A DNA stretch of 64,000 nucleotides from Acidobacteriota bacterium (GTDB lineage Bacteria; Acidobacteriota; UBA890; WLXD01), in NCBI GenBank assembly GCA_029263295.1, contig JAJCXT010000032.1:9211-73210 (forward strand). The letters run 5' to 3'. The notes below the pieces were generated by a model that was not told where the DNA came from, searched no databases, and was given only the letters and a program-made list of their open reading frames with translations. The position numbers and the translations under genes are program-made. Positions 9,798-17,526 of the stretch are shown in pieces (position 1 is the first letter of the stretch; each line of letters starts with the position of its first letter).

Positions 9798-10126
9798 TTC
9801 GTCGCGTCCAGGCGTTCTTCGACGCCATCCCAGAGCGTGACCAGCGCCTTGCGTGACTCGCTCAGCGTGTCGACACCCGCGGGCGTGATGCTCACGACGC
9901 GTCGCTTGCGCGCCCCGCGCGTGCCGGCAGCCTCATCGAGGCGTGAAGAGACCAGGCCCTTCTTCTCGAGGCGTCGCAGCGCGATGTACACGGCCGCCGG
10001 AGCTGCCTCACGCCCTGTCTGTGCTTCGAGTTCGAGCACGATCGGCACCGTGTAGGTGTCGTCGCCGAGCCGCAGAATCGACAGCAAGATTTGATGTTCG
10101 AAACCGCCGAGTACGTCGCGTCCCAT
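9794..10126 (-). CDS. PadR-family winged-helix transcriptional regulator
   Basis: 110 aa. FEHQILLSILRLGDDTYTVPIVLELE...AVYIALRRLEKKGLVSS...RRVVSITPAG is a PadR-like wHTH pattern. First gene of the padR-permease-permease operon. Confidence 0.8.
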   Translation of the reverse strand: MGRDVLGGFEHQILLSILRLGDDTYTVPIVLELEAQTGREAAPAAVYIALRRLEKKGLVSSRLDEAAGTRGARKRRVVSITPAGVDTLSESRKALVTLWDGVEERLDATK

Positions 10127-10148
10127 CTTGCCGTCTCCGTTGCACTAG

Positions 10149-10198
10149 CGTTGTTAGGTGGATCCGAATTGTGCCATCAGCCCGGCTCACTAACAACG
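10149..10198. promoter_or_regulatory. 9-bp inverted repeat CGTTGTTAG-N32-CTAACAACG upstream of padR 9794-10126
   Basis: Read directly: CGTTGTTAG at 10149-10157 and its exact reverse complement at 10190-10198. It lies 23-72 nt upstream of the padR start at 10126. Could be an operator pair or a 5' leader stem. Confidence 0.35.
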
Positions 10199-10401
10199 TT
10201 AGACGAACAAGCGCGCGAAAAGTTTCGTTTGCCACCGAACGGAGCTACTGGGAGGCGTCACGACGCTTCAGATGTCCGGACCAGTCAAGGATCCGGCGGT
10301 CGGCCGTGCACAGCGTGGCACCTTCCTGCAGCGCGCTAGCGACGATAATTCGGTCGGCCGGGTCCGCGTGGAAGCAGAGCAGCGCGCCGGATCGATTGAC
10401 A

Positions 10402-10427
10402 ATTATGTAGTCATAATGATAATTATG
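10402..10427. promoter_or_regulatory. AT-rich triple half-site ATTATG-N4-CATAAT-N4-ATTATG just upstream of padR 10434
   Basis: ATTATG at 10402-10407, CATAAT at 10412-10417 and ATTATG at 10422-10427. The 10-mer AATTATGTAG is directly repeated at 10401-10410 and 10421-10430. This is an AT island in a GC-rich region that ends 7 nt before the ATG. Confidence 0.5.
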
Positions 10428-10433
10428 TAGGCT

Positions 10434-10763
10434 ATGAACAGAATCACGTATCTCGGTGAACTCGAACAGATGATCCTGTGGTCGGTGCTGCGGCTCGATG
10501 ACGGCGCCTACGGACTAGCGGTGCGCGATCAGCTCGAAGCTCGTGCAGGGCGGGCGGTGGCGCGCGGCGCGGTGTACACGACGCTCGACCGGCTGGTGAA
10601 GAAGGGGTACCTCGATTCGCGTCTCGCTGATGCCGATGCTAACCGGGCCGGCCGGCCGCGACGGTACTTCACAGTCACGAATCCTGGGCGCGAGGCGCTC
10701 AAGGAGGCTCGCGATGCTTTCGTGAGCCTGTGGACCGGCCTGGAGGAGGCCGTCGAGGAATGA
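10434..10763 (+). CDS. PadR-family transcriptional regulator
   Basis: 109 aa. LEQMILWSVLRLDDGAYGLAVRDQLE...AVYTTLDRLVKKGYLDS...RRYFTVTNPG. Divergent from padR 9794-10126. Confidence 0.8.
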   Translation: MNRITYLGELEQMILWSVLRLDDGAYGLAVRDQLEARAGRAVARGAVYTTLDRLVKKGYLDSRLADADANRAGRPRRYFTVTNPGREALKEARDAFVSLWTGLEEAVEE

Positions 10764-13414
10764 AGCGTCGGACACGACTCAGCGAGTTCTTGCTTCGCCT
10801 CGTTATCCGCGACGTCGAGGCCTACCAGGGCTTGCTCGGAGATCTTCACGAGGAGGCCGGACGCGACGGAAGGCAGGCCGGGCGACTCGAATACGACCGC
10901 GCTGTTTTGTCGCTGGCACGGTCCTACTTGATGGAACGGCTGCCGGGGCGGGGTGCCTCTCGCGCGGTGACGAGGATCGGTGACAGCGAGGGCTGGCTGC
11001 TCGGTGCGCTGACCGACTCCCGAGCGGCTCTTCGCCTGCTGCGGCGACGGCCCGGCTACACGGGCGCGGTCGTCGGCACGTTGGGACTCGGATTCGGGGC
11101 GGCCGCCGCGGTCTTGAGCGTGGCCTACGGCGTCTGGCTGAAGCCCCTTCCGTTCGGCGATTCGGCGGCGCTGATTCGGGTCTATGAGGTGGATCTCAAC
11201 GACGAGAGAAGCGGCGCCGGCGACGCTCCTATCCGACCCGCCGCACTTGCGGTAGATGTGGAGCGACGCTCGCGGCTGTCGCCGCCGTTACTCGACGACA
11301 TGCGCAATCGCGACTGGGTGGCCCTGTCACACCTTGCTTCCGTTGCGGGACTCGCGGTCGATTGGCAACAGGACAACGGTGACTCGCGCAGGCTCTCGGG
11401 CGTCACCGCGTCGCGCAGCGTGTTCGACGTGTTGCAGTTGCGGCCCGTTGCAGGCCGCTTCTTTGTTCCGGATCCCGGCGTCCGCGAGGTCGTCCTGTCG
11501 GAGAGCCTCTGGCGCGCCTCGTTCGGCGCTGACGGCGATGCCCTGGGAAGCGACACGATGATTCTCGATGGCGACTCCTACCTGATCGTCGGGGTTGTCG
11601 CCGACGGGCTGCCATATCCGGACTCGGCGGGAGATGTGTGGGTGCCATCCGATCCATCGGAGGACCAACTCGTAGAGGGAATGCGAGGGGCGCGGTATCT
11701 GGATGTCGTCGGGCGGCTCCGGCCAGGCTCAACCTTGGCCGAGGCCAACGCCGAACTCGATGCGTTCGTGCGCAGCCTGGGCGAGGATCATCCGAATCAC
11801 CTGGGCTGGGGAGCGGCCGCGGTGTTGCTGCGGCAGGACATGATCCGGCCTTTCATCGGGATCCTGCAGGTTCTTCTTGCCGGCGCCGCGATGTTCCTGT
11901 TGATCGCCTGCTCGAACGTTGCGGGCATCGTCGCCGCGCGGCGGGCACGGGATTCTGGTGAGCGCGGCCTGCGGCTCGCCCTGGGGGCATCGCGCTGGCG
12001 TCTGATGCGGCACGAGGTCGCAGAGATGCTGTGGCTATCACTTGGCGGAGCCATCGTCGCCGCCGTGCTCGCTGCTTGGGTGCTCGCGCCACTGCAGCGA
12101 CTGGCGCCGAGCGACGTGCCGCGTATTGCCGACATTCGCCTCGATCCGGTCGTGGTCGGTACGCTGACCGCCCTGATCTTTCTGGCCTCCGTCGCAGTGG
12201 CCGTGGTTGGCAACCTCCTGGCATCAGGAGTGCGCAGATCCGGTCGCGGCACGGGCCGCACGGTTTCACCGCACGCCGCCGGCCGCGCGATGCTCACCGT
12301 TCTGCAGGTCGGGCTCACCACGCTCTTGTTAGCCGCCGGCGCGGCGCTGGCGAACCACTTCGTCCAACTCGCTCGCCTCGATCCTGGCTTCGACGCCGAC
12401 GGAGTTATGGTCGCGCCCGTCATCATGAACGCGAACAGCTATGAGGAAAAAGCGATTCGGCTGCAGTTCTTCGAATCGGTCATCGAGGGGCTCGAGCGAC
12501 GCGGGCAGGTCGCTGCAGTCGGCGTGAGCCCTCCGGTCGCTGGCGGCAACATGCGCTTCGGCTATCGTCCCGGTGACGGTGAGGCCGATCCGCACTACGG
12601 CCAGTACCACACCGTATCGGAGCGCTACTTCGAAGTACTGAGCATCCCGTTGCTGAGTGGCCGCAGCTTCAACGCCCGCGATCGTGCGGATACAGCACCG
12701 GTGGTCATCATCAGTGAGGCGCTCGCCAGCGCGCACTACGACGGCGATGCCGTCGGTCGCGAGATCACGGTGGTCGGCACGACGCGCGAGATCGTGGGCG
12801 TCGTGGGCAGCGTCCACCACTTCGGCCCGGATCAGGCGCCACCGCCGGAGATGTACGTGCCGCTTGCCCAGGACACCTGGCTGCTGGGGCACATCCTCGT
12901 ACAACCGGGTCAGGGGTTCTCGGTGGACGACGCGCGCGAGATCGCGGCGGCGCTCGACCCCGAGGTTCCCGTGCAGGCCATGTTCCCGTTCGATCAGTAC
13001 GTCAGGACCTGGTTCGCGCCGTTGCGTTTCCAGTTGACCATCGTAGCGCTGCTGGCAGCCGCCGGAACGCTACTCGCGGTCGTTGGTCTCTACGCGCTGA
13101 TCGCGTACATCGTGGCGGGTCGAACGCGCGAGATCGGCATCCGCGTGGCGCTTGGCGAGACGGCTCGTTCCGTGTTCGCGCGCGTTGTCGGGCGCGGGCT
13201 GGCACTGGCCGGCGCCGGGCTGGTGCTCGGTATCGCGGCGTCCCTCGCGCTGCGTGGCTTCGTGGGGGCGCTCGGCGTGGGAATCGAGGCGAACGACCCT
13301 ATTGTGCTGGTCGCGGTGGCGGTCCTCGTCGCCTTGGCGGCCATGGCCGCCTGCCTCTGGCCAGCTCGCCGTGCCGCCGCGGTCGATCCGGTCGTGGCTC
13401 TACGCGACAGCTGA
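10760..13414 (+). CDS. ADOP-type permease
   Basis: The track ORF starts at 10730. The ATG at 10760 (MKRRTRLSEF...) makes the same ATGA stop/start overlap with padR seen in the other modules. Two FtsX-type modules; tail CLWPARRAAAVDPVVALRDS. Confidence 0.8.
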   Translation: MKRRTRLSEFLLRLVIRDVEAYQGLLGDLHEEAGRDGRQAGRLEYDRAVLSLARSYLMERLPGRGASRAVTRIGDSEGWLLGALTDSRAALRLLRRRPGYTGAVVGTLGLGFGAAAAVLSVAYGVWLKPLPFGDSAALIRVYEVDLNDERSGAGDAPIRPAALAVDVERRSRLSPPLLDDMRNRDWVALSHLASVAGLAVDWQQDNGDSRRLSGVTASRSVFDVLQLRPVAGRFFVPDPGVREVVLSESLWRASFGADGDALGSDTMILDGDSYLIVGVVADGLPYPDSAGDVWVPSDPSEDQLVEGMRGARYLDVVGRLRPGSTLAEANAELDAFVRSLGEDHPNHLGWGAAAVLLRQDMIRPFIGILQVLLAGAAMFLLIACSNVAGIVAARRARDSGERGLRLALGASRWRLMRHEVAEMLWLSLGGAIVAAVLAAWVLAPLQRLAPSDVPRIADIRLDPVVVGTLTALIFLASVAVAVVGNLLASGVRRSGRGTGRTVSPHAAGRAMLTVLQVGLTTLLLAAGAALANHFVQLARLDPGFDADGVMVAPVIMNANSYEEKAIRLQFFESVIEGLERRGQVAAVGVSPPVAGGNMRFGYRPGDGEADPHYGQYHTVSERYFEVLSIPLLSGRSFNARDRADTAPVVIISEALASAHYDGDAVGREITVVGTTREIVGVVGSVHHFGPDQAPPPEMYVPLAQDTWLLGHILVQPGQGFSVDDAREIAAALDPEVPVQAMFPFDQYVRTWFAPLRFQLTIVALLAAAGTLLAVVGLYALIAYIVAGRTREIGIRVALGETARSVFARVVGRGLALAGAGLVLGIAASLALRGFVGALGVGIEANDPIVLVAVAVLVALAAMAACLWPARRAAAVDPVVALRDS

Positions 13415-13555
13415 GGCTCTTGCGGTGAGCAGTCCGGAAGGCCACTGCTGGTCGTCTGCCCCCGGAGATCGACCGACCTGAAGAGGCCCGGTCCGTTGCC
13501 CGGTGCCGGCGAGAGCTAGCGGGGCGTAGAAGTAGGGCGGCCCCACCACGACAAA

Positions 13556-13587
13556 GACCGGCCGGTGTCCAGGGACACCAGCCGGTC
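13556..13587. terminator. GC-rich hairpin between convergent genes (candidate bidirectional terminator)
   Basis: GACCGGCCGGTGTCC (13556-13570), loop, GGACACCAGCCGGTC (13573-13587), with one mismatch. It sits 20 nt past the TonB-receptor stop. No clear U tract. Confidence 0.35.
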
Positions 13588-13606
13588 GATGGCGCAGGGG
13601 GTTAGG

Positions 13607-16555
13607 TTAGAAGTCGGCGCGTATGCCGAGCTGGATTTCCCGCGGCTGGAATGCCTGGCTCGGAATCAAGAAGGTCGCGTCGGTGACGAAGCTGCTGCCG
13701 GCGTTGGCGAAGTTCGCTCGATTGGTCACGTTGAACGCGTCGAAGCTGATCGTCGTCGAGAGACCCCGGATCGGAATCCGGTACCGTAGCGACAGATCGA
13801 GGCGGGTGAAGTTGGGAAGCTCCGCCCCATTCGTCCGCCCGTTGAAGTCGATCGGATCACCCGCTATGTCCGAGGGGGTATTGGGCGAGTGAGTTCCCGC
13901 CGCCGCGATCTGGCGTTGGTTGTTGTCGAGGCGATCGCGTTCCAGCAGCGTGTAGCGGCTGCCATCCATGTAGCGGAAGACGCCCGAGAACATCAGCCCG
14001 TTCGAGCGCGAACCCCAGGTGGTTCCCGGTACGTACCAGGACCAGTTCACCACCAGGTTGTTGTTACGGTGCCACGACGACGGTTGGTCGATGTTCTGCG
14101 GCACGTTGAGGTTCAGCTGCGGTGTCTCGCCGATGAACTGCCCGGTGTCGAAGTTGTAGCCGGTCTCGGTGCGGGTCTGGAAACGAGATCCGCCCTGGCC
14201 CGCCGGCGCGTTGCCGTTCTGCTTCGCGTAGGTATACGAGATCTGCCCCTGGAAGCGACCGATGGCCGAGTCCGTGAACCGCCGTCGAATGCTGAACTGC
14301 AAACCGTTATACGTCGTGTCACCTGCGTTCATCAGGCTGCCGACGCTACCCAACGTGACTTGCTCACCGTTGAATACGCTGATGTTGGGCCGACCGCCCT
14401 GCGAGCTCGAGAACGGGTTCAGGTCGACGAAGATATGCGTGTTCTTGTTCTCGGTGTGAATGAAGTCGACACCGATTGCCACGTCATTCGTGATCTGGTG
14501 CTCCGCGCCGATGCTGAGCGTGTCGGCGAACGCGCTGCGCAGATCAGGATTCTGCACCGTCGGACGGTCGTTGAGGCCCGCGCCGGCGCCCTCCAGGTCG
14601 CCGATGAGATAGTCAGCCAACTGCTGGATGGTGGTGATCCCGTTCGCCTGCGCGATATCCCAGAACAAGGCCTGGTCGGATCCCGAGCCCGGCACGCGCG
14701 TCACGAAACCGCCGGTGTCGCTGATCCCGTCGAGGAAGTAGTTGGCGAAGCCGCCAAGCTGGAAGCGCTCGTAGAAACGGCCCCAACCACCGCGAACGAC
14801 GGTCCTGCCGTCGCCGCGCGGATCCCACGCGAACCCGAGCCGCGGCGCCAGGTTGTTGTTGTCGCCTGGCATGATCGTCTCGCGGTCGTACCGCAGGCCG
14901 AGGTTCAGCGTGAGTTTGCGCGAGATCGTCCAGTCGTCCTGGAAGAACGCCCCGAACACCTTGTTAGAGGGAATGTGGGCGGTGGTCTCACCGTTGATCC
15001 GCGCCGAGAAGCTCTCCGGATAGGTGGACAGGTCGGAGGCTACGAATGGTGCGTCGGTGTCGAAGATAAATTGACCGTTGGCGGTACCGGAGTTGAAGAA
15101 CTCCTCCTTGCGCCGTGAATACTGCGCGCCAATTCGGAAGTTGTGGTCGCCGCCCCAGTTCGGCAGGAAGTAGGAGAAGGTGTTGTCGAACTGCAACGAA
15201 TCGTTGATGCGCGACTGCGCCACCGTGTTGGCCCCCTCGAGCACCGACGGGCGCGACTGCGAGACTGCCAGGGCGCGCTGGGCTGCGAAGGTCTGGCCGT
15301 TGTTGTTGTAGCCGGGGTTCGCGAACGACACGTCCTCGCGCGTGTTCGAGACGCGCAGGTTGTTGAACGCTGAGTCGCCGATCACGCTGTCGAGCGTGGC
15401 GACCCAGCCGGTGTCCGTGTCGTCCTCCTCGCGGGAGGCCTCGAGGGTCGTCCTGCTCCCGATGATCTGGTTCACCTGGGGTGAGTACTCGCGCAGGTAG
15501 CGGAAGGCGAACTTATGGTCATCGGCGACCTGCCAGTCGGCCTTCACCAGGATGTTCTCGAGCAGGTTGTCTTCGGTCGTGGCGAAGTTGAGCTCAGGCC
15601 GGGCCTCGAACGCTCGCGCCACCCCCTCGTTCGGCTTGGTGCGCTCGATGCTGCCGAAGAAGAACAACCTGTCCTTGAGGATCGGTCCGCCGAGAGTGCC
15701 GCCCAGCGAGGACACTGTGAAGTCGGGCTGCTCAGCGCCCTGCCGCTCGGTGAAGAAGTTCTTGGAGTTGAGCGACGAGTCCTGGTAGTAGAAGAAGCCG
15801 GAACCGCGGAAGCTGTTGCCGCCGCTCTTGGTAATGGCGTTGAGTACGCCGCCCTGGGTGCGCCCGAACTCGGCGTCGAACTGCGTGGTGATGATCTGGA
15901 ACTCTTGAATCGCCTCGATCGCCGTGCGCGTCTGCGCGCCGGCGCGCGCGCCGATCACATCGTCGCTGTTGTCGGCGCCATCGACGTTGAAGGAGTTGTT
16001 GTTGTCGTCCTGCCCGTTGATGAACAGGGAATCGGACGCGGTGGACTCGCTGCTGGGGTTGCCCACGACGCCAGGCATCAACGTAGCGAACATCACGAAG
16101 CTGCGGTTCTGGGTCGGCAGCGTTGTGAAGAGCTCGGCCGTGACGTTACCGCCGACCTGTTTGGAGGTGGTTTCGATAATCGGCGCGGTGCCGGTGACCG
16201 TGACGGTCTCCGCCACGCCGCTGATCTGCATCGTCGAGTTCAGCTCCGGTACCGAACCGACGAGCACCCGCAAGCCGGTCATCTCGTCGGTCTGGAACCC
16301 TTGCAACTCGAACGTCACCGTGTAGGTGGAAGCCGGCAGGCCATTGAACGTGTAACGCCCCGTGGTACCGGTCACCGTGGTGCGAACCTGCCCGTTGGCT
16401 TCGTTGGTCACGGTAACGGTGACGCCAGGCAGCGGCGCCCCATCGGGGTCAGTGGCGGTGCCGATCAGGCGGGCTCGGGCGGCCTGCCCGTACGCCGGCG
16501 TGGCGAGCGCCAGGGCGAGGCCAAGCGTGATTGCAAGAAGTGCGATCCGTCGCAT
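13607..16555 (-). CDS. TonB-dependent outer-membrane receptor with N-terminal CarboxypepD_reg-like domain
   Basis: Start moved to the ATG at 16555 (MRRIALLAITLGLALALATPAYGQ signal peptide) with GGAGGAG about 8 nt upstream. GTATDPDGAPLPGVTVTVTNEANGQ...TGRYTFNGLPASTYTVTFELQGFQ is a carboxypeptidase-regulatory-like fold. Long beta-barrel ending in the terminal ...GIRADF. Confidence 0.85.
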   Translation of the reverse strand: MRRIALLAITLGLALALATPAYGQAARARLIGTATDPDGAPLPGVTVTVTNEANGQVRTTVTGTTGRYTFNGLPASTYTVTFELQGFQTDEMTGLRVLVGSVPELNSTMQISGVAETVTVTGTAPIIETTSKQVGGNVTAELFTTLPTQNRSFVMFATLMPGVVGNPSSESTASDSLFINGQDDNNNSFNVDGADNSDDVIGARAGAQTRTAIEAIQEFQIITTQFDAEFGRTQGGVLNAITKSGGNSFRGSGFFYYQDSSLNSKNFFTERQGAEQPDFTVSSLGGTLGGPILKDRLFFFGSIERTKPNEGVARAFEARPELNFATTEDNLLENILVKADWQVADDHKFAFRYLREYSPQVNQIIGSRTTLEASREEDDTDTGWVATLDSVIGDSAFNNLRVSNTREDVSFANPGYNNNGQTFAAQRALAVSQSRPSVLEGANTVAQSRINDSLQFDNTFSYFLPNWGGDHNFRIGAQYSRRKEEFFNSGTANGQFIFDTDAPFVASDLSTYPESFSARINGETTAHIPSNKVFGAFFQDDWTISRKLTLNLGLRYDRETIMPGDNNNLAPRLGFAWDPRGDGRTVVRGGWGRFYERFQLGGFANYFLDGISDTGGFVTRVPGSGSDQALFWDIAQANGITTIQQLADYLIGDLEGAGAGLNDRPTVQNPDLRSAFADTLSIGAEHQITNDVAIGVDFIHTENKNTHIFVDLNPFSSSQGGRPNISVFNGEQVTLGSVGSLMNAGDTTYNGLQFSIRRRFTDSAIGRFQGQISYTYAKQNGNAPAGQGGSRFQTRTETGYNFDTGQFIGETPQLNLNVPQNIDQPSSWHRNNNLVVNWSWYVPGTTWGSRSNGLMFSGVFRYMDGSRYTLLERDRLDNNQRQIAAAGTHSPNTPSDIAGDPIDFNGRTNGAELPNFTRLDLSLRYRIPIRGLSTTISFDAFNVTNRANFANAGSSFVTDATFLIPSQAFQPREIQLGIRADF

Positions 16556-16687
16556 GTCGTGTCTCCTCCGGGGGTCGGAACGGTCCTGTTGGCTGCTGCC
16601 GGGGGGGCGAGGCGAGTTCCGAGCGCGGGGAGGCACGACATCGAAGGAGCCTCACTAATCAGCGTGAGTTCATTTTATATATCATAT

Positions 16688-16706
16688 TGTGTATATGAAA
16701 TACACA
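16688..16706. promoter_or_regulatory. Inverted repeat TGTGTAT-N5-ATACACA in the divergent TonB-receptor/GntR control region
   Basis: TGTGTAT at 16688-16694 and ATACACA at 16700-16706, inside an AT-rich island (TTTTATATATCATATTG...). The GT...AC core is compatible with GntR/FadR-type operators. Confidence 0.45.
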
Positions 16707-16834
16707 GCCTGTTCATGTGAAATGCACGGCCCCGATCGTGGGCTAGTATTCTGCGCAACCAACTTCGACCCGATGCAGCATCATCAGCCGTCCGCCGCTC
16801 GAAGGCGGGCTCGCATAACCGGAGGGGCCCCCCG

Positions 16835-17506
16835 ATGGCGCGTATTGAGCGCTCGCTCCTGTCCCAGAGTGCCAAGAACTATGTTCGCCGGGCAGTTGCC
16901 TCCGGAGCGTTCGGCGGTGATTCGCACGTCTCGATTAGCCGTATCGCCGAAGAACTCGGTATCAGCCCGACGCCAATCCGCGAGGGGTTGGTCCAACTGG
17001 TCGCCGAGGGGTTCTTGGAACAGCAACCCAACCGTGGCTTCCATGTTCTGCCGCTCAGCCAGCGCGAGGTTGCCGAGCTCTATCCCATTGGCGCAGCACT
17101 GGAGGATCTCGGTCTTCGCGACACACCTTTCCTCTGCCCGAATCGGGTGGCCGAACTCCGATGTCTGAACGACCGCATCAAGGAGAACCCGGAACCGGGT
17201 GGCGAAGCCACAATCCTCGACAATCAGGAGTGGCATCGGCTGCTGCTGGAGGGGTGCGGCAATCAGCAGCTAATGCGGATGCTGGAGCGGCTGCGAGCTC
17301 GCACGTTCCGCTACGAGTACGTCTGCCACACGTTCGACCGTCCCGAACGGGCATGCCAGATCGCGAGGCACGAGAAGATCCTCGCTGCGTTCGAAGGCGG
17401 CGACCGCCCGCGTGCCCGCGCCGAACTGCAGCAGCACTGGCAGGAAAACCTCGACCTGGTGATCACCACCGCGAAGTCGGTGTTCGCCCCTCCGGAACAC
17501 CACTAA
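16835..17506 (+). CDS. GntR-family transcriptional regulator with FadR-like (FCD) C-terminal domain
   Basis: 223 aa. N-terminal wHTH ISRIAEELGISPTPIREGLVQLVAEGFLEQQPNRGFHV, followed by an all-helical C-terminal domain (NQEWHRLLLEGCGNQQL...HEKILAAFEGGD). Confidence 0.8.
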   Translation: MARIERSLLSQSAKNYVRRAVASGAFGGDSHVSISRIAEELGISPTPIREGLVQLVAEGFLEQQPNRGFHVLPLSQREVAELYPIGAALEDLGLRDTPFLCPNRVAELRCLNDRIKENPEPGGEATILDNQEWHRLLLEGCGNQQLMRMLERLRARTFRYEYVCHTFDRPERACQIARHEKILAAFEGGDRPRARAELQQHWQENLDLVITTAKSVFAPPEHH

Positions 17507-17526
17507 GCCGTCCAGGAATCCATCTG

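Noticed and set aside
16556-16687. Possible riboswitch (for example cobalamin) in the ~130-nt leader of the TonB-dependent receptor
   Set aside because: I could not find a B12-box-like element or any other recognisable riboswitch core. The leader is also short for a cobalamin element. A covariance-model scan (Rfam) would be needed to exclude it fully.
13889-16720. Plus-strand ORFs 13889-15118 (409 aa) and 15515-16720 (401 aa)
   Set aside because: They lie antisense to the TonB-dependent receptor gene. Their composition is dominated by R/V/A/E/G with no domain signature, so they are shadow ORFs.
17161-17526. Upstream extension of the GWxTD ORF (track start 17161)
   Set aside because: It overlaps the GntR gene out of frame and encodes an Arg/Pro/Ala-rich sequence. 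A signal peptide appears only after about 17527.
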